Source: an uncultured Bifidobacterium sp. (GTDB lineage Bacteria > Actinomycetota > Acidimicrobiia > Acidimicrobiales > Ilumatobacteraceae). From it: 64,000 nt of DNA. Position 1 is the first letter of the stretch, and each line of letters opens with the position of its first letter. This document shows, one piece after another, positions 63,601-64,000 of this stretch. The stretch is taken from NCBI GenBank assembly GCA_964540395.1, contig CAZIME010000003.1:11800-75799 (forward strand), in the 5' to 3' direction. The notes under the pieces are model-generated. The model was not told the origin of the DNA and searched no databases. It saw only the letters and a list, made by a program, of their open reading frames with translations. The position numbers and the translations under genes are program-made.

Positions 63601-64000
63601 GTGATCCGTCTCGCACTGAAAATGACGCTGGCCCGCAAGGGTCGGTTGCTCCTCACGGCACTTGCCGTCATCCTCGGAACGTCGTTCCTCTCGGGAACGT
63701 TCATCTTCCGCGACACGATCAACAAGACCTTCGACGAGCTCTTCTCCGACGTCTTCCGCGACGTCGATGCCTACGTACGCTCGACGAACTTCATCGAGAC
63801 GAACTTCGGCGGCGAGCAGCGCTCCCCGGTTCCCGTTGCCTTGCGCGACGAGGTGCTGAAGGTCCCCGGCGTCACCAACGCCGTCGGCGACATGCAGGTG
63901 TTCGCACGTGTCATCGGCAAGGACGGCAAGCCTCTCGGAAGCGAGGGGAACGGTCCGCCGACTTTCGGCGGTATCGCCATCGAGGAATCGGTGTTCTGGA
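63601..64000 (+). CDS. ABC transporter permease, FtsX/MacB-like (N-terminal part, runs off the right edge)
   Basis: The GTG at 63601 is 9 nt after the ATPase stop. It begins VIRLALKMTLARKGRLLLTALAVILGTSFLSG, followed by an extracytoplasmic domain. Confidence 0.8.
   Translation, partial: MIRLALKMTLARKGRLLLTALAVILGTSFLSGTFIFRDTINKTFDELFSDVFRDVDAYVRSTNFIETNFGGEQRSPVPVALRDEVLKVPGVTNAVGDMQVFARVIGKDGKPLGSEGNGPPTFGGIAIEESVFW

Overview
GC-rich, densely coded chromosomal core segment of actinobacterial type. Markers are mshA, whiB, rex, a glnR-like regulator, senX3-regX3-like genes and nuoA-N gene order. I call about 70 CDS and one tRNA-Pro. I saw no rRNA, CRISPR array, transposase, integrase or phage genes. 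Nothing was computed: all calls come from reading the ORF translations and the DNA by eye, and start codons were chosen by inspection, often from ATGA/GTGA stop-start overlaps. Left 15 kb (minus strand): one co-directional gene string with 0-24 bp gaps. It runs membrane protein, 2[4Fe-4S] ferredoxin, split b6-type cytochrome b (b6-like plus subunit-IV-like), Rieske protein, dihaem cytochrome c, membrane protein, then nuoA to nuoK (nuoL-N lie beyond the left edge). A membrane-anchored monohaem cytochrome c is divergent from this string. The middle holds housekeeping blocks: geranylgeranyl reductase and rex; proC, a ybjN-like gene and mshA; nadE, glnII, glnA and a glnR-like gene; Fe-S assembly erpA and mrp; lysC, a methyltransferase and asd; an acyl-CoA mutase; moaE, a small ORF and mreB. 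The right part holds phoU, senX3, regX3, ppk1 and ppx (phosphate and polyphosphate), tatA, whiB, an AAA+/VWA pair split by a class III cyclase, and an ABC exporter. Most interesting observations: (1) the non-canonical Rieske/cytochrome b6-type module with an operon-encoded ferredoxin and unassigned membrane subunits, apparently fused transcriptionally to complex I; (2) a single ORF fusing a complete MoaD-type beta-grasp (ending in GG) to an RsiG-like domain carrying the c-di-GMP binding motif; (3) a peptide motif shared by the N-termini of two respiratory proteins; (4) several direct-repeat candidate operator sites.
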